Source: Octopus vulgaris (Eukaryota). From it: 64,000 nt of DNA. Under the pieces are notes generated by a model. It was not told the DNA's origin. It was given only the letters and a program-made list of their open reading frames with translations, and did not search any database. Position numbers and translations under genes: made by a program. The stretch covers positions 81,592,001 through 81,656,000 of the forward strand of contig OX597826.1 in assembly GCA_951406725.2 (NCBI GenBank), in the 5' to 3' direction. Shown here in pieces: positions 56,738 through 64,000 of the stretch. Positions within the stretch are counted from its first letter, which is position 1. Each line of letters opens with the position of its first letter.

Positions 56738-57138
56738 CACACACACACACACATAAATACATATATGTGTGTGTGTATACATACACACGCACAAACACAC
56801 ACACATATAGACACAGCCCCATATTCGCACGGCTGTTGAAGATGTATGAACGTCCATCTATCGGATTCTCAAACGTCATTGCAAGGAAACATTCCAGATT
56901 CCACGATTAATGGCCTATCGCGCTGACGCCTGCCAAAATTACGATCTAGCATCGGTTTGTACAGAATTATTGTAATTGCTTTATTTGACGTCGCTTGAAA
57001 TTCATGCTTCGTTGAAATATTGTTATCATAAGAAATAGGATTAAATAACAAGTTTAAAATGTTGTCTCCATTCTTCACCATCTATTCATGGCACATGTAT
57101 CCATTATGAAGACCTACACTAATTATCTTGTTACACCG

Positions 57139-57185
<47 letters not shown>

Positions 57186-57193
57186 GCACTTAC

Positions 57194-57310
57194 ATCTGAC
57201 CGCTGGAGCAAAACGATATAAACGTTGAAAACGAATAAAATGTGTAAAAGTTGAATGGAACGATTTGGACGAAGGTGATTGTTACGTTTACAACCAAAGA
57301 GAAATCCCAT
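57194..57310 (-). CDS. Candidate first (signal-peptide-like) exon
   Basis: ATG..MGFLFGCKRNNHLRPNRSIQLLHILFVFNVYIVLLQRSD|gtaagt. Phase 0, so it needs an unseen linking exon to join 52581. Confidence 0.3.
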
Positions 57311-57440
57311 ACAAGAATAGTTTTAGAATTTACAAAAATAGAAGTGAAAGAGTTTCTGTCAGGAAAATAAAGGGCAATGCCGGAGAAAAAGAAAGTTAAG
57401 TAGGGAGTAAAGTATGGGCAGTTGCTAAGCTTTGATGGGA

Positions 57441-57621
57441 GAGGGTGCTGAAAAGTTCCTGGCTTCAGGGGTTTCGGGAAAGGCCAGGCTGGAGGTTCAA
57501 TCTGAAGGACCGTTGCAAGAAGTGTGTGAACCTGAGAGTGGAATAGGTTGAATAAAATCATAGTTGACTGATCCTCTTGTATTTTTCTGTTACTGAAAGT
57601 CAGAACTTTGCAGCGCACCCT
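57441..57621. mobile_element. Mariner-derived MITE relic
   Basis: Degenerate TIRs gagggtgctgaaaagttcctggc / gtcagaactttgcagcgcaccct. Confidence 0.55.
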
Positions 57622-58589
57622 AACAGGCGTTTTAGCAAGATTCATGCATAAATTAGACTACTAATTATATAGATACGTATACATAGGAGAGAAGGGTAAT
57701 TAGAGTCTAGTAAAAAAAATAATGCATGTACTAGATAAAGAAATTAGAAAGAGATATCAGAAGTGGATGGCGAGGAGTAAAAAATTACTGCGTTAATTTC
57801 CCAGCTGTAATGAAAATGAAAGCAAAAGTACAAAAGTAACGGACGAAATACGATTTCAAAGATAGAAAAAAACATGGCCACAGATGCTCGAAAAAGTCTT
57901 TCCTCCGGAAAAGTATTTCGTTAAAACAGAAACAATATTGAGCTACGCTACACCATCACACCCGACATGGCTAGTTATGCTGTTGTATCTAACAAGTTGA
58001 AACTTGCTAAATATAATACGTGGAGATGCTTTGGGGAAATTGTGGAGTGGAGAGCCACGCCTGGAAAAATATCCCAACCTACATCGCGCACACTCTGGTA
58101 TCTACTCCAAGAATACTTGTAATGTGGGGGAACTGTCACAGGAAGGAGGAATTTCCGGCAATTCTACAGATCCAAGTAGATCTCTACTCGACAGCGTAAG
58201 TTACACCCCCCGGGCATGCGTTCCACCACTCGCTACTGTATATAACTGACGAAACCGACCACCCAAAGTCCTCGCTCCTTGAATATAATTGTAGCACCAC
58301 CCTGGCTGGGCAATGCATACATACAAACGTAGTATATAAAAGTTAGGAAGTTATAAGCCATAACACACACACACACACACACACGTAAAACCGCGGCGAG
58401 GAGAATGTATTAGTTAATAGTAAACACCTACTTAATAAACGTAAAGGTATAAGCATTTATTGCGCTCACTGAAAGATTAGAACGTTCCACAAGGCACGGA
58501 CTGGAATCTACCCGAGCTACGAGGAGTTATGCTAAGATACACCCGTTCATATGATTGACACGGGTATAATTGTCACACAATATTAGGTT

Positions 58590-58775
58590 CACATTTTGGT
58601 ACAAGGCCAGCAATTTTGGGAGAGGGCGTAAGTCGAATATATATGGACCTCAGTGTGCAACTGGTACTTCTTTTATCGACCCCAAAATGATGAACGACAT
58701 AGTCAATCTCAGCGGAATTTGAACTCAAAACGTAAGGACGGACGAAATGCCGCTAAGCATTTTGCTCCGCGTGCT
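58590..58775 (-). mobile_element. SINE family 2 copy, degenerate
   Basis: ctggtact..ttatcgacccc..ggaatttgaactc..gacgaaatgccgctaagca. Confidence 0.7.
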
Positions 58776-59177
58776 CGGCACTGAATACTATGTGTTTAGA
58801 AAATCTAATGATGTTCGTACACATGGTACGATTACGTAAAATCCTCTCGTTGTACACGCTTGCCTTTATGTCCATGCACGAATTCCTTCCTCATCCTGTC
58901 CAGCTACTTATATACACCGACTGTGCTTGTGTTGGTAACAGTTTAATAGAGTACCGGATAATGGCAGTAAATAGCAACAAAGAGATGCGTAAGAATGGAT
59001 TACGTGATGTACCCTTCATCTTGAACATGGTCCAATAAGCAATACTCATTCTCGGAACGATTATCGAGATTTCACAAAATTATAACGACCTTCTGTAGAA
59101 TGCATTGTGCGTCATCTGCCATTGGCGACGTAGGAGGCGCTATTAACTTCGAGGAGCGAATGGATTCATTTAATATT

Positions 59178-59536
59178 TCTCTCTATATATAAACGGCAAC
59201 ATGTCTGTGTCCTTTATACAAATCCACAATTTTTCAGTTAGAGGGCTCGCACTTTCTATGGTCATTCAAAACCGTCCAAGGGTGGTCGTGCACATCTTTA
59301 CATTTCCCCAGTCACCCTGCAAAGCCATTAAAAAAATCAATAGAAGTGACTTTTTTGTGAATTTTCTATCCAAAACCCAATCAAAATGCCCGAAATTTGA
59401 TACGTCAATTGAATGCCAGCTAGCTGTACGTGATTGGTCGGAAATTTGGACAGTACTCGTGTGTATGTGCACACGCATGCAGTTGTATATGCATGCACTT
59501 GCACTATGACCTGGTGTTGCCGGGTCATATTGCTAG
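59178..59536 (+). mobile_element. Non-autonomous Helitron
   Basis: 5' TC(TCTATATATAAA). 3' hairpin TATGACCTGG-tgttg-CCGGGTCATA (59505-59529), then CTAG|T. No TSD. Confidence 0.75.
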
Positions 59537-60100
59537 TACTTGGATAATCTAACATTTTTTGAATACCTACGAACTTGTAGGCAAGGATGCGAAAGCGGGT
59601 GCAATGAGAAAGTGCAGTGGAACGTGTTTAGGTATCAGTATGTGCACCTAGATGCATTGGTGAATGTATAGTTATGTGCGTATGTATCTATGTGTGCAAG
59701 CGTGTGGGTGTTTGAGTGTATGTGTGTGTATGATGTGTGTGTGTGAGTGTGTGTGTTTGTGTGTGTGTGTGTGTGTATGTGAGAATGGTTAAATTTGGCG
59801 TTGTGTGCAAGAGTGCGTGTAGGTACGGTATAGTGGGTGTATATATGTGTGAGAGTGGTAAGGTGAAGGTGGTGGATGGACTACGTCTTGACCAACGTTG
59901 ACCACTGATATTCCGATAAACAGGCGATTTGTCTGTAGACTATTTGCATTTCTGATACAATAAAGAGCCGCCGATTCCTTTCTTTACTTTTCCTTCATGA
60001 GTGGAGCAGCTCATGCTTCGGCTGTTATTCTTGCTATTTGAATTGTTATTGCCATTGTGGTGGTCTGTGTGTTAGTCTAACATTCGGGAAGTGAGAAAGT

Positions 60101-60136
60101 CTTTTACGTTTCGAGCCTACGCTCTTCGACAGAAAG
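60101..60136 (-). ncRNA. Minimal type I hammerhead-like motif (A6U variant)
   Basis: CUUU-CUGUCGA-A-GAGC(guag)GCUC-GAAA-CG-UA/AAAG. Stem III is reduced to the palindrome ACGU. Confidence 0.65.
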
Positions 60137-61359
60137 GAACACAGAAAGAAACAGAAAAGGTTTAGTGGCTAGCGATCTATACATGCACACCTACATATAT
60201 AGATACATACATATATACATACATATATATATTTACATATATACATAATACATATACATACATGTAGACATACATATATATATATATGTACACGCGCACG
60301 CACATACAAACGCATATTTTCATATATGGGTTTGTGTGTGTGTATGTGCTTTGCAAACGATTAATGATACATGGCAGGGTAATTCGAAAGGTGTGGAAAT
60401 GAAGCAAACATGTAGACATTTATTTAAAAAAGAAAATCAAAACATAAGGATTGCATTTCGTGGAAGTATAATGGTAGAGTTGTAGAGACGGTAAACAAAG
60501 TGAATAAAATCTCTGGAGATAATAATAATAATAATAACAATAATAATAGTAATAATAATACGACTTGTATCGGAAACAAAATTAATACTTTGCTAATGAC
60601 GATAAAATAGGAGTTTAAAATCGCTTCATTCATCCGTATTGATTTTTTAACGAAAAGATTAGTAATAATTGACTTTTTGCACGGCGTAAAGAGAAATCTA
60701 AATATTAAAGTAAATAAATGAATATATAGAAGAAAAACAAATAAAAAATACACAATATATTGCCAATATGCCAAAAAGATACAGAAAAATAGAAAGAAGA
60801 AACCGCTTTAAAACCCAGTTATATAACAACAACAAAACGAAAAGATTAAAATATAGTTTAATTAAGTTGGGGGATATTTTTATTATAATCGCGGAATTGT
60901 CGGGAATATTATTCTTGAGAGTGAGTGAGAAATTTGGCAAGAACATTGACGAAAAAATTAAGAATAGCACTATTAAAAGTATAGACACGCGTACACATAC
61001 ATACACACAACACACACACACACATATATATATATACGTATATATCAACATAGATACAATGTCAGGAAAAATGTGAAATCTTAGTTATATCTGGAGTAGT
61101 CTCTAATAAAAGAAAACTAAATTAGATTCTAATATCCCATATGAATGAATATTGTATATTCATCGAGTCGGTGATTCAAAGAAAGACTACAAGATAAAAA
61201 ATCGCAAAGAAATTATAAAATAATGAGAATTACTCTTAGCATACGGAAAAATGTTGATTGTGCATAATTGGACTATTTCTGAATTGAGGCAATCAATTTT
61301 TTCGATATAGATGCACATATGGATAGGTAAAACCCGCATATATATATATATACATATGT

Positions 61360-61412
<53 letters not shown>

Positions 61413-61859
61413 CGTGTTTGTAAATGATATGTGTTCACGCGACGAGAAATAGAGTACTCGGTCCAAGTGTAAAGTGAAATATTTATACAATATGATAGAG
61501 TAGATTAAATATAATACATCGTTCTTTCACTACTACTGTCCAGTTTCTTATATATTTTAAAACTCACTCCTCCTTATGCAGGACAGTGATTAATTATGTT
61601 TATATAGTTGTTTGGTATACAAATTATTTTATTTTCCTCAAATGTCATCTTGTGGCTCAGTAACATAACACTACAGAGTTTTTTGAGGATCCCGTTTATT
61701 TTTTTTTCCCAGAAAACGGTTTTCTTTATTTTTTGAAGATATGATACTTGACCTAGCGTTGTATTGTATTTAATGTACTATACAATATCACACACATTTA
61801 TGCACGCACACACATACACATACAAACGCACACATAAATATAAAAATCAAAATCGAAAA

Positions 61860-62720
61860 GGTACCGAAAGTTTGTATATATTTTGAAAATATATTATCAA
61901 TTTAATGTTTACTCGTTGCAAGGTTCGACATACACAATCACCAGTAAGTTGATTCAGGGGGTTTTCCTTGCCTATGATTGTCTTATATGCTGCGGTTCAG
62001 AATCACTCTTCTACATAGTGTTAGGCCAGTTTGACCAATATAATATTCTCTGCAGTCTTTGTATATCAAAATATATATTGAATATTAGGAGCAACACGGA
62101 AAGTTACGTTTGAAATAGATTCTTCCTTGAAATGGAAATCGGAACTTTCTAATAGTTGCTTGCTTCAAAATTCGGTGAATATACTTCCTCACTTTTACAT
62201 GCATAGTTTTCCAATGTAGCTTTGCTTGCATCAGTGTCGTTTTTAATTTCGCTTGTCTTTCAAAAGTTCTTTTCAGTGACCTTTTCATCTCCAGGTTTCG
62301 ATGTAATATTGATAAGTTTTGATGAATGGTTGCAAAGACTTCACAGTTTTTGGAGTCAAAAGTATAACTTCCTTTTCACATTTCTCTTTTGCATTTCGAA
62401 GTACCTCAATATCAATTTGTTTCGCTCATTGAATTTCATTGTTGATTGAATTTAAGAAGTGCATTTCGCTAAGTTGTTGGGAATTTTAATGGCAATCAGC
62501 TGAAAGTATATGTCAGTTTATTTCTTTTTATTACTTATGTATCTAAAAAAGAGTTTGTCATTTTCGTATTCCATAGCGAATTAGATGAAAGAATTTTTTC
62601 TTGTTTACGATACATTGGCATTCATTTAACTGTTAAAGATTTTCGCTCCATAACATATGAACCTGCACTGTCTTTAAAATGAGACAACTACACTGAAAGA
62701 AGAAAATTCCCTTGAATCAA
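61860..62720 (-). mobile_element. Decayed Penelope-like element (RT + GIY-YIG)
   Basis: FAMEYENDKL-FLD..TDIY (RT, about 62510-62580), then FPCCS*YSIYILIYKDCREYYIGQTGLTLCRR (about 62000-62102). Confidence 0.7.
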
Positions 62721-64000
62721 CATCCTGATTACCGTGGGGTGCAAACTCGAATTTCTTCTATAGCAGGGTAGCGATTCAACAACAGAAGTGCCGCGAATAA
62801 ATAAATAGAATTTATAAGCAAATATCGGCCATCAAAACTGAATGCCTTCTTCTGATCTCTTCCTTTACAGCGTCATTCGACATCGTTTACAAGAAGGGCT
62901 TCGAATATCCTAGTTCGAAAGCGATGTCTCTCAAGTGTCCCAGCTTATGTAACAGTGGCTGAAGAGTCAATACATAGAAAAGGATCAAGGGGTTTCTGGT
63001 AATTTCTGATCGATTAACCTTAACATCAATGGCTTCCAGGGCTACATTGTGATTACAAGATTCTACTCTAAAAAGAATTAAAAAAAATATCCCGTTTTAT
63101 TTCTTTTTCTTTTTTTATGTTTCTCGTGAAAAACGCTGGTTATGATTTGAAGAAAACTGGACTGCTTTCTAGCAGGTCAAATAACCACATAAAAACTTTC
63201 TGTTGTTGTTGTTGCTGTGTTTCAGTTTTAGGTAATCTCTGATCTTTAGCATCGCTGATAACACAATCGCGACCATTCCGCCTTCTTCATCGGACATGTT
63301 TATTGCTTAGAGGCTTTTTTCAGTAAAGTGTAAGCATACTGGATTTGTATGCACCAACCCCAGTTCTTATTTTACTCACTGGTACACATTTAATCGATTT
63401 GATAATGATAAAAAGTTGCACTCAGAACGAAATGAAAAAAATCTGTAAACGGAACGGAACTCGACGCAATAATCTTTCTACCAACCACTGCTCCTTATCT
63501 GTGGTTGCATTAGCTAATGTGTCCCTTTTTATATTTAAGCTGTAATTTGAAGGGGATTTGGCTGTTTGTTTTCTAAATTATCGAGCACCCAAGCAACATC
63601 ACTCTCTCTTCGTCTCGTATTTCAAGGAATTTAATGTAGTTTCACGCCAAGTTTGCCCTGATCGACAAGCACTATGAGTCAAAGTATTCTTGTGGTCCCC
63701 ATCTCATCTTCCTGTATGTAGGAAACCAATGAGAGTATTATCCAATGTAATTTTTCTAAAGCGGAAGGCTAGCAGTGAGTTAAGTGAGATTTGACTTAGA
63801 GTTCCTAGCGCGTTAAGAGGCAACACGCACCCATCTTAGTTGGCTTGTATTTCAGAGAAGTAGAGTGACTTCAATATGAAACTTTGCAGAAAGAATAGCG
63901 CATCTATTAGTTACCGTAACTATCACCGAACCTCTCTGTTCCACAAACACCACCAACAATGGCAACAATGAAAATAGCAACAGCACATTATTAGAGCTCG

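Overview
AT-rich, microsatellite-dense animal genomic DNA. The SINE families and repeat landscape look cephalopod (Octopus-like), which is an inference and was not verified. Most long ORFs in the supplied track are microsatellite artefacts. The real content falls into three groups. (1) A minus-strand multi-exon CUB-domain gene, with intact exons at 52457-52581, 45156-45305, 21689-21822, 20516-20665 and 15985-16075, surrounded by apparently decayed CUB exon fossils. (2) Many decayed transposons: CR1/L2-like, RTE, RLE-type (R4- and HERO-like), Penelope-like (GIY-YIG), Tc1/mariner, pogo, a Gypsy-like LTR with PBS, a non-autonomous Helitron and tRNA-derived SINEs. (3) The most notable signal: about a dozen type-I hammerhead-ribozyme-like motifs from several unrelated small element families. 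Most have a palindromic stem III, and many have non-canonical cores (U4C, G3-C8, U3-A8, A6U). They occur as a head-to-tail array with microsatellite cargo (1-3065) or as fold-back palindromes packed into (TA)n tracts (14.3 kb, 53.3-55.8 kb), alongside Penelope-like relics that could have mobilised them. All calls were made by eye. Ribozyme activity and family assignments are untested, and boundaries of decayed elements are approximate.
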